Of a stretch of DNA of 61,903 nucleotides, positions 9,279-19,118 are shown piece after piece. The position numbers and the translations under genes are program-made. The notes under the pieces were generated by a model. That model searched no databases and had not been told where the DNA came from. It saw nothing but the letters and a program-made list of their open reading frames with translations. The number at the start of each line of letters is the position of its first letter. Positions within the stretch are counted from its first letter, which is position 1. The stretch lies in the sequence record SRR20825006_104; one strand, written 5' to 3'.

Positions 9279-10011
9279 ATTTTGCCCAATCCAAATACAT
9301 AGCTCTTACTTCAGCAATATGATCATCTATTGTTTCGACTTTCCAAGAAGAAGTATCTATTGGCGGATGGATTGTAGCAACGATTTTCCCACTTTTTGCC
9401 ATAATCGAGCCTTCGTAACTGAGCTTGTCATTTCCATCAAAATAAATAGGAACGATAGGATAGCCAAGATCTAATGCCATATGAAATGCGCCTTTCTTAA
9501 AAGGACCAATTTTGCCTTCATGTTTGCGTGATCCTTCCGGTGCCATTACTAGATTCAATTTGTGATTTTGAACTCTGACAAGGGCTTTTTGTAGTGCTGA
9601 AATAGAATGTTCTCTATTGGAGCGCTTAATAAAAACTTGTCCTGTTGAGCGGCCTATTATAAAGAGAAAAGGGATGTACTGCAGTTCCCACTTAATAATT
9701 ACACGAAAACGTTCTAAGGCTAACGAAAGAACAGCAGGGATATCGAGTGTGGAGCTATGGTTGAAAATAAAAATGACAGGTTGCGAAGTGTCTTCTCTTA
9801 AATCGCGTATTTCAAACTCAATACCCAAAATATATAGAACAGGCTTCCCTAAAATAGGGCCAAAAGTTTTCACTGTCCAATTGGTAGCCTTACCAAAGGA
9901 TAAAACTGCAATGAGAAAAATCACTATGGAAGCAAAGAATAACAGTAAGTAAAAAACGATAATAGCGAGGATACTCCGCGCATATTCAGGGATAGTAAGA
10001 GAATGTTGCAT
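9277..10011 (-). CDS. plsC: Lysophospholipid acyltransferase (PlsC family)
   Basis: NHSSTLD (HX4D), FIKR, APEGSR, FKKGAF. Confidence 0.85.
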   Translation of the reverse strand: MQHSLTIPEYARSILAIIVFYLLLFFASIVIFLIAVLSFGKATNWTVKTFGPILGKPVLYILGIEFEIRDLREDTSQPVIFIFNHSSTLDIPAVLSLALERFRVIIKWELQYIPFLFIIGRSTGQVFIKRSNREHSISALQKALVRVQNHKLNLVMAPEGSRKHEGKIGPFKKGAFHMALDLGYPIVPIYFDGNDKLSYEGSIMAKSGKIVATIHPPIDTSSWKVETIDDHIAEVRAMYLDWAK

Positions 10012-10045
10012 ATGGTAAAGTCTGAATTCGAGAACTTAATTCCAA

Positions 10046-10411
10046 TTAACGAAAGGCGTCTTTTAAATGAGTAAATTCAGGTGGTTTTCCTTTTTTGTTC
10101 AGTATCCCAATGATGTCGAAACGCATGGGATTATCCATCAAGTTTTGCTCCTGTATCCACGCCTCGGCTGCTTTAAAAACATGGGCTACTTTGGATTCTG
10201 TGACATATTCTTCAGGTTGACCAAATTTACTGCTTGAACGCATTTTAACTTCAATAAATACGATGATAGATCCATCTTTGGCAATGATATCAACCTCAGA
10301 GTGACCAGAGAAATAATTACGCGTTAGAATTTTCCACCCTTTTTGAACTAGAAAATCACAGGCCAAATCCTCCCCATAATCACCAATTTGTCGAGTAGTC
10401 TTGGTTCCCAT
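10046..10411 (-). CDS. yraN: YraN family endonuclease-like protein
   Basis: GDYGEDLA..FL..KG..IL.RNY, EVDIIA, VFIEVK, RFDII. Confidence 0.9.
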   Translation of the reverse strand: MGTKTTRQIGDYGEDLACDFLVQKGWKILTRNYFSGHSEVDIIAKDGSIIVFIEVKMRSSSKFGQPEEYVTESKVAHVFKAAEAWIQEQNLMDNPMRFDIIGILNKKGKPPEFTHLKDAFR

Positions 10412-10417
10412 AGCTGG

Positions 10418-10978
10418 TTATTTTTTCCCTAAAAGTGATTCTTTCACTTCTACCAACTTAATGAGTTGTTTTAAAAAACCAAGGTTCTTTTTGTTGATGT
10501 ACGGAAGTAGCGCGTCTGTGAAGCGTTCAAACATCTCCAGGAACTCATTGTAATTTTCTATGCGCTCTTTGAACTCTAGGCTTTCTTGGTCTACTAAGCC
10601 GCCTTTCTCTAAAGTCTTTATGCATTCTTTGAGCTCAGCGCGGATGGGTGCAATCTCTCGTTGTTGGCGTTCTCGAATAATCGTAGAAACAATACTCCAA
10701 ACATCTGTTTCAGCAACGTAATAGTCTTTGCGGTCGCCGGGTTTCTGTTCTTTATGAACCAGCTCCCATTCCATCAAACGATGGAGATTCATGTTAGCGT
10801 TGCCCCTGCTAATATCTAAGGTATCCATGATAGCATCGGTGTCTAATGCGTGTGACTCTGCATAGAGTAGCGCATGAATTTGAGCCATCGTTTTATTAAT
10901 TCCCCAAGCGGAAGCCATATCCCCCCACAGTTTTACAAACTGGTTGAGCGCCTCGTTATAAGCTTTGTTTCTTTCCAT
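10418..10978 (-). CDS. GbsR/MarR-type transcriptional regulator
   Basis: WGINKTMAQIHALLY, ISRGNANMNL..L.EW.LV, PGDRKDYY. Confidence 0.85.
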   Translation of the reverse strand: MERNKAYNEALNQFVKLWGDMASAWGINKTMAQIHALLYAESHALDTDAIMDTLDISRGNANMNLHRLMEWELVHKEQKPGDRKDYYVAETDVWSIVSTIIRERQQREIAPIRAELKECIKTLEKGGLVDQESLEFKERIENYNEFLEMFERFTDALLPYINKKNLGFLKQLIKLVEVKESLLGKK

Positions 10979-11045
10979 CTAGTAAAGAAACATCAATTAG
11001 TAATAATGAACAAGTATTAGTCCAAGAATCAATAAAAAAGAATAC

Positions 11046-11282
11046 CTATTCCGTAGAGCTGGAACTAGGCTTTGTGTCTTTGTCTGTAGAAGATGCTTTT
11101 CCGTCTTTTTTATAATCGGTTACGTACCAACCTTCTCCTTTGTAAACAACTCCACCGCCGCCGGATATAACTCGTTTAACAGATTGCCCTGTTGTTGGGC
11201 AGGTTGTTAATGGAGATTCACTCATCTTTTGTGAAACTTCAAAGGTTGAACCGTCTTCTCTTTTGTAATCGTAAGTGGGCAT
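11046..11282 (-). CDS. FmdB-family zinc-ribbon-like protein with degenerate Cys ligands
   Basis: MPTYDY...FEV.QKMSE.PLTTCP...YKGEGWYVTDY. Confidence 0.85.
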   Translation of the reverse strand: MPTYDYKREDGSTFEVSQKMSESPLTTCPTTGQSVKRVISGGGGVVYKGEGWYVTDYKKDGKASSTDKDTKPSSSSTE

Positions 11283-11323
11283 GTTTTAAATAATAATGTG
11301 GGTATAATTGATGTGTTACTCTA

Positions 11324-11340
11324 ATCAAAATGCGTGCCAA
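11324..11340 (-). promoter_or_regulatory. Candidate sigma-54 -24/-12 promoter of the FmdB-like gene
   Basis: Minus strand TTGGCACG-CATT-TTGAT against consensus TGGCACG-N4-TTGC; exact spacing, one mismatch. Confidence 0.55.
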
Positions 11341-11383
11341 TCTAGATGAGGAACAAACGATAATAGGCATAAAAAATGCTGAG

Positions 11384-11800
11384 TTATAAACGGTCGAGGA
11401 AGTTCTGCTCTATAATCTCTCTCAGGTTATCTTTAATAAGAGGTTTATTTACAAAGTCGTGTATTAAAGGATTATCCTTTGCTTTTTTCTCGTCATCGGG
11501 GTTAAGCGAAGTACTTAACATTATCAAAACAATAGATGCTTTTTGGGAGAGCTCTAGTTTGGCGTATTCTTCAAGAAATTCCCATCCGTTCATTCGAGGC
11601 ATGTTAATGTCTAAGAATATTAAATCTGGCTTTGGATATTCACCATTTGTCATAGACTTAAGATACTCTAAAGCATCTTCGGCACTTTCTTTAGCTACAA
11701 TTTTATCAGCACAGCCCATCTTTTTAATCACTCTTTCGTGAAAAAAATTATCTGCGTCGTTATCATCTATAAGTAAAATACAGTCTAATTGTTTATTCAT
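11384..11800 (-). CDS. Single-domain response regulator (Rcp1-like)
   Basis: ILLIDD, PDLIFLDINMPRMNGWEFL, MLSTS, KPL. Confidence 0.92.
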   Translation of the reverse strand: MNKQLDCILLIDDNDADNFFHERVIKKMGCADKIVAKESAEDALEYLKSMTNGEYPKPDLIFLDINMPRMNGWEFLEEYAKLELSQKASIVLIMLSTSLNPDDEKKAKDNPLIHDFVNKPLIKDNLREIIEQNFLDRL

Positions 11801-11807
11801 ATGTGCC

Positions 11808-13754
11808 TCAAATTGGAATTGTGAAATTGAATGTGCTCCCTTTATTAATCTCCGAGTCTACCCAAATAGTTCCTCCATGGAGATTAACAATTTTTTGGCA
11901 ATGGGAAAGGCCTATCCCCGTTCCTGCAAAGTCTTTTCGGCTATGTAAGCGTTGAAAAATAATAAATATTTTTTGCTGATGCTTTTCTTCTATGCCAATA
12001 CCGTTGTCTTTAACGGAGAATTCCCAGAATAGATCGTTCTTTTTTGCTGAGATGGTGATTTCTGGGTTAATATCTTGTCTTTTGAATTTTATAGCGTTGG
12101 TAATTAGATTCTGGAATAAAAGGCGTAATTCAATTTCGAAGCCATTAATAGTTGGTAAATCTCCTAATGTAATGGTTGTGTTAGTCTCATTTATGGTGGC
12201 TTCAAGATCGGCCTTGATCTCCTCAATAAGAGTAGAACAGTTAACCTTGGTTTTTCCTGTAAGTTTTCCCAAACGTGAATAGTCGAGTAATCCCTTTATG
12301 AGTTCGCTCATCCTTGTAGAAGCATCTTGGATGAAACTCAAATATCTATCTGCAGAAGAATCTAGCTTCCCTTCATACTCTTCAGTGAGTGCTTCAGTGT
12401 AGTTAATGACGGTTCGTAATGGCTCTTGTAAATCGTGAGATGCGATATAAGCAAACTGTTCTATTTCTACATTCTTGGTTTTTAATTCTTCATACTGTTT
12501 TGCTAATCGTTCTTCTCCATTTTTCCGATCTGTGATGTCATGTCGAATGGATAAGTATTTGTAGATTCTTCCTTTATCATCTTTAAAAGGAATAATGGAA
12601 GTTAGCATCCAATAGTAACTTCCGTCTTTTGCTCTGTTTTTTACCTCCCCTTCCCAAATATTTCCTTTACTTATTGTTCTCCACAGTGAAAGAAAGAACT
12701 CTTTTGAGTGGAAACCTGAATTAATGACACTATGGGTTTTGCCAATTAATTCTTCTCTAGAGTATTTTGAAATTTCACAAAATTTATCGTTAACACTAGT
12801 AATAACCCCTTTACGATCAGTTGTTGCAAGAATAGAGCTTTTGTCGAGAGCCTCTTTAAAGAAAGTAAGTTCTTGGTTAGAGATACGTAAAGAGTCTTCT
12901 AATGCACTCCTATTGATATCATCTTTATTAAGTTTAGAGGCAATAATAGAAATGTATACAATACTTATTAGTATGAATGTGACGGTATGAAGTGAGAGCC
13001 CAAATTCAAAATCTAGAATATTGTTAGTGCTAGCTCTGAGCAGTATATAACTTAATAAAAGCGGTAGCCCAATAAGAAAAGGTAAAAGCGATCGCATTAA
13101 TTCGCTGCCTGCATTTTTACCAAATAGCAGATTCGCAAAACCTAGAGTAGGATTTCTTAGAGCAAGGGCTAACGTAAGGAGAATGAAAAGTACAGAGGTA
13201 TGAATTGCCATGGAGTGAATGAAAAAGCCTCTGCTTTCCCCGGGAATTTGAAGGGCATATGCAACAATAGAAACTAGAGACACAAGCATAATCACCAATA
13301 AAAAATATTGGGTTGCTAGCCGAACTGTAAGAGAGGAGGCGTATACCCCCCAAAGGCTAATACCTAATAAGATAAAGCAAATGGCTGTAGCTGGTGACAT
13401 TCTTCCGGGGTATTCTGTTGAATAAATATCAGAAATGAAGAGATTGTCAATATTGAAACCTAAACTGAAGAAATAGGTGGCAAAGCTAAACCCTCCGATA
13501 AGAAGGATTCCAAAAACTAAGCAAGTATTTAAAATATGGGTACTTCTATGGTTATTAGGGTAGAGAATTACACCAATACTTGCTAGCTGAAAAAGAAGTG
13601 CAGTATTAAATTTCATGGTAGCACTACCAGGAATAATACTAAGTATGTCTTTGATTTGAAAAAACCAAGCCATTAACACTATAGCACTTACGCTAAGGGC
13701 TATTGATGCAAGAATAGTTATATTTCTAGATTTGTTAATACTAAACAATGGCAA
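11808..13754 (-). CDS. Membrane-bound PAS sensor histidine kinase
   Basis: About 7 TM segments, PAS (NDKFCEISKYSREELIG...GSYYW), H-box FAYIASHDLQEPLR, NAIKF, DNGIG, GTGIGL; TTG start. Confidence 0.92.
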   Translation of the reverse strand: MPLFSINKSRNITILASIALSVSAIVLMAWFFQIKDILSIIPGSATMKFNTALLFQLASIGVILYPNNHRSTHILNTCLVFGILLIGGFSFATYFFSLGFNIDNLFISDIYSTEYPGRMSPATAICFILLGISLWGVYASSLTVRLATQYFLLVIMLVSLVSIVAYALQIPGESRGFFIHSMAIHTSVLFILLTLALALRNPTLGFANLLFGKNAGSELMRSLLPFLIGLPLLLSYILLRASTNNILDFEFGLSLHTVTFILISIVYISIIASKLNKDDINRSALEDSLRISNQELTFFKEALDKSSILATTDRKGVITSVNDKFCEISKYSREELIGKTHSVINSGFHSKEFFLSLWRTISKGNIWEGEVKNRAKDGSYYWMLTSIIPFKDDKGRIYKYLSIRHDITDRKNGEERLAKQYEELKTKNVEIEQFAYIASHDLQEPLRTVINYTEALTEEYEGKLDSSADRYLSFIQDASTRMSELIKGLLDYSRLGKLTGKTKVNCSTLIEEIKADLEATINETNTTITLGDLPTINGFEIELRLLFQNLITNAIKFKRQDINPEITISAKKNDLFWEFSVKDNGIGIEEKHQQKIFIIFQRLHSRKDFAGTGIGLSHCQKIVNLHGGTIWVDSEINKGSTFNFTIPI

Positions 13755-13815
13755 TATGTATAATTACTTAGAGGTCCTTATCAACAGATAAAAACCTCTA
13801 AGTATAGGGTAAGAA

Positions 13816-15009
13816 TTAAGAAAGGCTTTCAAGACCTTTTTTGAATCTACTTAGTGCTTCTTCTAAATCACTTACAGCAGCGGCGTAACTCATGCGCAGG
13901 CCGTTAGGTTCTCCAAAAGCATCACCAGGAACAACAGCTAAACCATACTCATCTAAAAGATACAGACATAAATCTGTAGATGTATCGATGGTTGAACCAT
14001 CTGGCTTTGTGGTACCTAAATAGTGTGAAATGTCTGGAAATACGTAAAATGCACCTCCGGGGGTAAAGCAGCTCACACCTTCAATAGCGTTAAGAGAAGA
14101 GACCATAAAGTCACGGCGCTTTTTAAACTCATCTCGCATAGTGTGAACTTCAGTAAGGTCTCCGTTATAGGCTGCTTCGCCAGCTTTTTGAGAAATAGTT
14201 GAAGGTGCTGAAGTTTCCTGACTTTGAATTTTAGAAACAGCACCAACAATTTCGTTAGTAGCAGCTAGGTAACCAAGTCTCCATCCAGTCATTGCAAAAC
14301 CTTTTGAGAAACCGTTAATGAGCATAACACGGTCTTTTAAATCTGGTGCAACATTTATAAGGCTAACATGCTCTTCATCAAATACGATATACTCATAAAT
14401 TTCATCTGAAAGAATTAACACTTTAGGGTGCTTTCTTAAAACTTCAGCAAGGCCTTCCATGTCTTCTCTGCTATAGCAAGAACCTGTTGGGTTAGAAGGT
14501 GAGCAAAGAATTAAAACTTTAGTTTTATCCGTTATCGCATCTTCAAGTTGTTCTGGTGTTAGCTTGAAATCGTTATCGAAAGAAGTACGAACAATTACCG
14601 ACTTACCTTCAGCCAAACGAACCATTTCAGGATAAGAAACCCAATAAGGTGCAGGGATGATAACTTCATCGCCTTTGTTTACAACTGCTAATAATGAAAA
14701 ACCAACGGATTGTTTTGCACCATTAGAGCAAATAATCTGCGATGGATCGTATTCTAGATTGTTATCGCGCTTTAGTTTTGCTACAATAGCATCACGAAGC
14801 TCAGGTGTTCCTGTGTTCATGGTGTAGCCATGTAACCCGTCGTTAATAGCTTGAATAGCAGCGTCGCAAATATATTTTGGGGTCTTAAAGTCTGGTTCGC
14901 CAGCACTTAAAGAAACGATGGATTTACCTTGTCTTTTTAGCTCTTTAGCTCGGCCTGTTACTTTTAATGTTGCCGATTGCTGTAAATTTTGCGCGCGTTC
15001 TGAAATCAT
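13816..15009 (-). CDS. PLP-dependent class I aminotransferase (aspartate aminotransferase-like)
   Basis: AGEPDF, GAKQ, PYWVSY, PSNPTG, DEIYE, SKGFAMTGWRLG; start moved to ATG at 15009. Confidence 0.92.
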   Translation of the reverse strand: MISERAQNLQQSATLKVTGRAKELKRQGKSIVSLSAGEPDFKTPKYICDAAIQAINDGLHGYTMNTGTPELRDAIVAKLKRDNNLEYDPSQIICSNGAKQSVGFSLLAVVNKGDEVIIPAPYWVSYPEMVRLAEGKSVIVRTSFDNDFKLTPEQLEDAITDKTKVLILCSPSNPTGSCYSREDMEGLAEVLRKHPKVLILSDEIYEYIVFDEEHVSLINVAPDLKDRVMLINGFSKGFAMTGWRLGYLAATNEIVGAVSKIQSQETSAPSTISQKAGEAAYNGDLTEVHTMRDEFKKRRDFMVSSLNAIEGVSCFTPGGAFYVFPDISHYLGTTKPDGSTIDTSTDLCLYLLDEYGLAVVPGDAFGEPNGLRMSYAAAVSDLEEALSRFKKGLESLS

Positions 15010-15128
15010 TGGTTTAATAAATTGATGTTGTAAGTGAGTGAGTTGGAAAATCACCAATCCTACATTAAAAGAAAATATTAATATAGCGTTTTGGTGAAAT
15101 AAGTTGAGTAATGAGAAAACTAGTCAGG

Positions 15129-15629
15129 TTAAGATTGGTTTTCGCCCATCTTGGCTTGTAATGCTTTTGCTACAACTTCAGGAACAAAGGAAGAGAGTTC
15201 TCCACCCCAATACGCTATTTCTTTAACAATAGAGGCAGATATAAAGGTGAACTCTTCGTCGGGCATTAAGAACACAGTATCTACATTAGGAGCTAAGCGC
15301 TTGTTGGTTAAAGCCATTCTAAACTCATATTCAAAATCTGAAATTTGGCGCACTCCACGAACAAGTGTATTTGCTTTTCTTTTTTGAGCATGATTGACTA
15401 GCAGCCCCGTAAATTGATCTACCTCTACATTCTTTCCCCAATCTGTGTCTTTTATACACTCCTTAATCAAGGCTACACGTTCATCACCTGTAAATACAGC
15501 CGTTTTTTCTTTGTTTACGGCAACGGTAACTATCACTTTCTCGAAAAGGTTTGTGGCACGTTCTAAAATATCTAAATGGCCAAAAGTAATAGGATCGAAT
15601 GAGCCGGGATAAAGAGCGATTGTTTTCAT
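15129..15629 (-). CDS. coaD: Phosphopantetheine adenylyltransferase
   Basis: YPGSFDPITFGHLDI, RGVR..SDFEYE, ISASIVKE. Confidence 0.97.
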   Translation of the reverse strand: MKTIALYPGSFDPITFGHLDILERATNLFEKVIVTVAVNKEKTAVFTGDERVALIKECIKDTDWGKNVEVDQFTGLLVNHAQKRKANTLVRGVRQISDFEYEFRMALTNKRLAPNVDTVFLMPDEEFTFISASIVKEIAYWGGELSSFVPEVVAKALQAKMGENQS

Positions 15630-15638
15630 AAGATAGTT

Positions 15639-16193
15639 TTATTGTGAATCTACTGGGTGCTTTTGAAAAATACTAACAGTTGTACGTCCGTAAGCTTTGG
15701 CAAAGAAACAGTGAGGGTGGTCTTTGTATTTGTGATATTTATCATGTTCTAGAATAAACCAGCCATTTTCGTTTAGCCAATTATTTTCTAAAACTAGTGC
15801 GATCATTTCCTCCATAAAAGGATAATCGTATGGAGGATCGCAGAAAATAAAATCATACGGGATGGCTGGGCCCGCAAGATGTTTCTGTACATCACTAACT
15901 TGAGCTCGAATCTGCTTGGCAATGTCGAATTGTGCAGCTGTTTTCTCGATAAGTTTTACGTTATTGGAATCAAGCTCTACAAAAGTAACATGCCTTGCCC
16001 CTCGCGAAATAGCCTCAAAGCCTAAATTCCCAGAACCACCAAATAAATCCAGAATTTGGCTGTCTTCTATATATTTATAAGCTTCAATTTTATTGAAAAT
16101 GCTTTCTTTGGTACGATCGGTTGTTGGGCGCACTTCTAAACCTTTAGGAATATGTATGCGTCGACCTTTAAGTTTGCCGGTTATTATCCGCAT
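15639..16193 (-). CDS. rsmD: 16S rRNA m2G966 methyltransferase
   Basis: MRIITG, RPTTDRTKES, LDLFGGSG, EAISRGA, DPPY; adjacent to coaD. Confidence 0.95.
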   Translation of the reverse strand: MRIITGKLKGRRIHIPKGLEVRPTTDRTKESIFNKIEAYKYIEDSQILDLFGGSGNLGFEAISRGARHVTFVELDSNNVKLIEKTAAQFDIAKQIRAQVSDVQKHLAGPAIPYDFIFCDPPYDYPFMEEMIALVLENNWLNENGWFILEHDKYHKYKDHPHCFFAKAYGRTTVSIFQKHPVDSQ

Positions 16194-16275
16194 GGCGGAG
16201 CGAGATTTTGAAATTCGTAATTAAAATGAAGCTCAAATTTAACCTTTAAATTGAGCAATGTGAATTATCTGGATA

Positions 16276-17136
16276 CTAAAAATCCAGACTTAATATAATG
16301 GCAGGAAATGCAGCTGCAAGATCAAAACCGTACGTTTCCTCATCAGCTATTACACCAATATTTTGAAGAGAGTTAAGGTGGGTAACTTCTGCTGAAGTAT
16401 CCCAGAAACTTTGCAACGCCTGTTCTGTTTCGTGAGTATGGTGCCCAAAAAGATAAATATTCTCGTATAGTCCCTTTAACCATTTAGAGTGTGCGGCTTG
16501 CTGTAGCCAATGGTAAGGAATGTCGGTGTGCTGATCGAATTGTAAATAAGTAGCTGCACGGAATTTCCCTAAAAGAAAAGAGGTAATGGTAACTACATTT
16601 TTGTGGCAGCCCAGCATTAAAAACGAGCCACCAGGCTTGGAAAATTGCGACCATTTTTGGGCAATTTCAAAATCACTAGCAAATTCAGTAATGGCCACTT
16701 TAGAGGTTAAATCATCAAAACCTTGCATGATTGCCCGACGTCTGATACTCAAAAATTTAAATTCACTTTTGCTTAATGTATGCCAAGTAGGCTCGAGGTC
16801 TTCTCGGCTTACACCTTTCATCAAAATAGAAAGGTGATCTTCGCGCTCGTCGGCATTATCATAAACTACTTTGGGCATTATTGTCCAACACTCATCAGCA
16901 GGATGAGTTAAAGCTCTAAACGAATGAATTTCGTAAGTGCTTAAAAGCTGCTCAATAGTTTTATGAATGGGAGGGAAATTCTCAGAATGAAGGTTAGTAA
17001 TGGCTTCATTCACATTAAAATTGAAGTCGTAGGAGCCTATACGAAAAAGGTGTTTATCTTTTTGAGGATCGTTAATCGCATAGAAAAGACGATCTGCAAA
17101 AAAACAAACACCTAAATTTGCGGTGGCTTCACTCAT
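16276..17136 (-). CDS. Hypothetical protein (DUF3822-like by position and size)
   Basis: 286-aa ORF co-oriented upstream of rsmD-coaD. Confidence 0.6.
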   Translation of the reverse strand: MSEATANLGVCFFADRLFYAINDPQKDKHLFRIGSYDFNFNVNEAITNLHSENFPPIHKTIEQLLSTYEIHSFRALTHPADECWTIMPKVVYDNADEREDHLSILMKGVSREDLEPTWHTLSKSEFKFLSIRRRAIMQGFDDLTSKVAITEFASDFEIAQKWSQFSKPGGSFLMLGCHKNVVTITSFLLGKFRAATYLQFDQHTDIPYHWLQQAAHSKWLKGLYENIYLFGHHTHETEQALQSFWDTSAEVTHLNSLQNIGVIADEETYGFDLAAAFPAIILSLDF

Positions 17137-17138
17137 TA

Positions 17139-17606
17139 TTACCAGTTAGGAGCATTACGCATCGTAGTTCGTTCAAGGCTACCAACTAAATCTTTAGAAT
17201 TAGGATCTGTTAGTAAGTAAAGTGGTGGACGAAGCGTATCGTTTAGTGTGTACTGGAATTTAGCACCAGTTCTTGGAGAGAATACTAGTGAGTCGATACT
17301 ATATCTACCATCACTGTCCACAAAAATTGAGTCAGCGCCTGCAGATAACATCGAATCCATTCTCACAAACTGAATAACAGAATCTAACCCGCCTTCTGTT
17401 GGAGGAAAATGGCCTTTCTTAGCTTCGTATCGTACAAGAACATCTTTTACATTAAGCATTCTTTCACGAACACGTTCTGTCATTTGTTCTTTTTCAATAA
17501 CCTCTTGGTATGGCGTAACGATAGCATCGTACAGAAAATAAGCGAGTGCTAAAATTACAATTCCAAGAACAATGCTTAATACTTGATTGCGAGTTTCAAT
17601 ATTCAT
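17139..17606 (-). CDS. Single-TM hypothetical protein
   Basis: N-terminal TM helix then long amphipathic helix (RMLNVKDVLVRYEAKKGHFP); 2 bp from next gene. Confidence 0.7.
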   Translation of the reverse strand: MNIETRNQVLSIVLGIVILALAYFLYDAIVTPYQEVIEKEQMTERVRERMLNVKDVLVRYEAKKGHFPPTEGGLDSVIQFVRMDSMLSAGADSIFVDSDGRYSIDSLVFSPRTGAKFQYTLNDTLRPPLYLLTDPNSKDLVGSLERTTMRNAPNW

Positions 17607-17780
17607 GTGAGGTAATGTTCAGTTTGTTAGTCGGGTTTCCCAAAATCTATTAAGCAGTAAAAATACATGCGCACTCTTATATATGCAACCATGGGAATAC
17701 CACTTAACTTATTTAAACATTAAGTTAATCTTTTAACCTTAAATTACATGCTATGAGTAGAAAAAAATAAAGGGACATTA

Positions 17781-19118
17781 GTGAACAAGCGAGTACTAAA
17801 ACTAGCTATACCCAATATAATAAGTAACATTTCGGTGCCTTTGCTCGGTGCGGTAGACACCGCTGTAGTAGGACATTTAGAGAGCGTATATTATTTAGGA
17901 GCTATAGCAGTTGGGAGCCTAATATTTGATTTTATTTTTTGGGGTTTCGGTTTTTTGAGAATGGGAACAACGGGAGTAGTCGCTCAAGCATACGGTGCGA
18001 AGAATGAAAGAAAGACTCGAATAATACTTTATAGGGTTTTAATAGTAGCTTTTGGGGCAAGCCTAGGAATCCTTCTTCTACAGGTCCCAATTATTGAATT
18101 TGCTCTCTATATGATTAATGCTTCACCTGAAGTGGAATCACTTACTCGGCAATATTATCACATTCGTATTTTCGCAGCTCCAGCTACACTTTCCTTGTTT
18201 TGTTTAAACGGTTGGTTTTTGGGTATGCAGAACTCCCGTTATCCGATGATGATTACTATTTTTATGAACGTTGTGAATATTATTGCAAACCTAAGTTTTG
18301 TGTATATCTATAATATGAATGTTGATGGCGTTGCATGGGGAAGTTTATTGGCTAGTTATCTTGCTTTAGCGCTCGCTTTTGGGCTTTATAAAATGAACTA
18401 TAATGCCATTAGCATTAAGATTTCACTCACCGAGCTTCTAGAATCTTCTGAACTGCGGAAATTCTTTTCGGTAAACAGAGACATTTTTATTAGAACAATC
18501 TGTCTAATTTTCACTTACGCCTTCTTCACTGCTAAATCTGCAGAGATGGGTGATAACTGGCTTGCTGCAAATACCATTTTGCTTCAATTATGGTATATAA
18601 GTTCTTACGCAGTTGATGGATTCGCTTTTGCAGCCGAAAGCTTGGTTGGTAGGTTTGTAGGATCCCAAAACATAGAGAAGCTTAAGGAAACGATAAAAGC
18701 GTGTATGCTTTGGGGAGTAGGACTTGGCGCTCTTGGAACTCTTTTATATGCTCTATTCGATCTGGAACTTGTTTCCATTTTTACAGATAACAAAGTGGTT
18801 ATTGCAACAGCAATGAGTGTTGTAGGTTGGCTTATTATTGCGCCAATTGTGAATAGTATTTGTTTTATCTGGGATGGAATCTACATTGGAGCAACCGAAA
18901 CATCTGCAATGCGCAACTCGATGTTAATTTCCACCCTGTTAATTTTTATACCTGTTTATTATTTGGCAAATGAATGGTATGCTCAGCATGCCCTTTGGAT
19001 TGCCATGACCAGTTTTATGCTATTTCGAGGGCTAACACTTACTTTATATTCTAGAAAGTATTTTTTTACCCGAAATCCCTTCAAAATATTATCTCATGAA
19101 ACAGATTCTTTTACTTAG
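17781..19118 (+). CDS. dinF: MATE efflux transporter, DinF subfamily
   Basis: LAIPNIISNISVPLLGAVDTAVVGHL, FLRMGTTG; about 12 TM; GTG start. Confidence 0.88.
   Translation: MNKRVLKLAIPNIISNISVPLLGAVDTAVVGHLESVYYLGAIAVGSLIFDFIFWGFGFLRMGTTGVVAQAYGAKNERKTRIILYRVLIVAFGASLGILLLQVPIIEFALYMINASPEVESLTRQYYHIRIFAAPATLSLFCLNGWFLGMQNSRYPMMITIFMNVVNIIANLSFVYIYNMNVDGVAWGSLLASYLALALAFGLYKMNYNAISIKISLTELLESSELRKFFSVNRDIFIRTICLIFTYAFFTAKSAEMGDNWLAANTILLQLWYISSYAVDGFAFAAESLVGRFVGSQNIEKLKETIKACMLWGVGLGALGTLLYALFDLELVSIFTDNKVVIATAMSVVGWLIIAPIVNSICFIWDGIYIGATETSAMRNSMLISTLLIFIPVYYLANEWYAQHALWIAMTSFMLFRGLTLTLYSRKYFFTRNPFKILSHETDSFT

Noticed and set aside
15010-15057. N-terminal extension of the aminotransferase
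   Set aside because: Family-like sequence begins at MISERAQ (ATG at 15009)
17704-17728. TTAACTTA-N9-TAAGTTAA inverted repeat upstream of the DinF-type MATE
   Set aside because: Very AT-rich arms in an AT-rich spacer and no adjacent regulator; cannot be distinguished from chance
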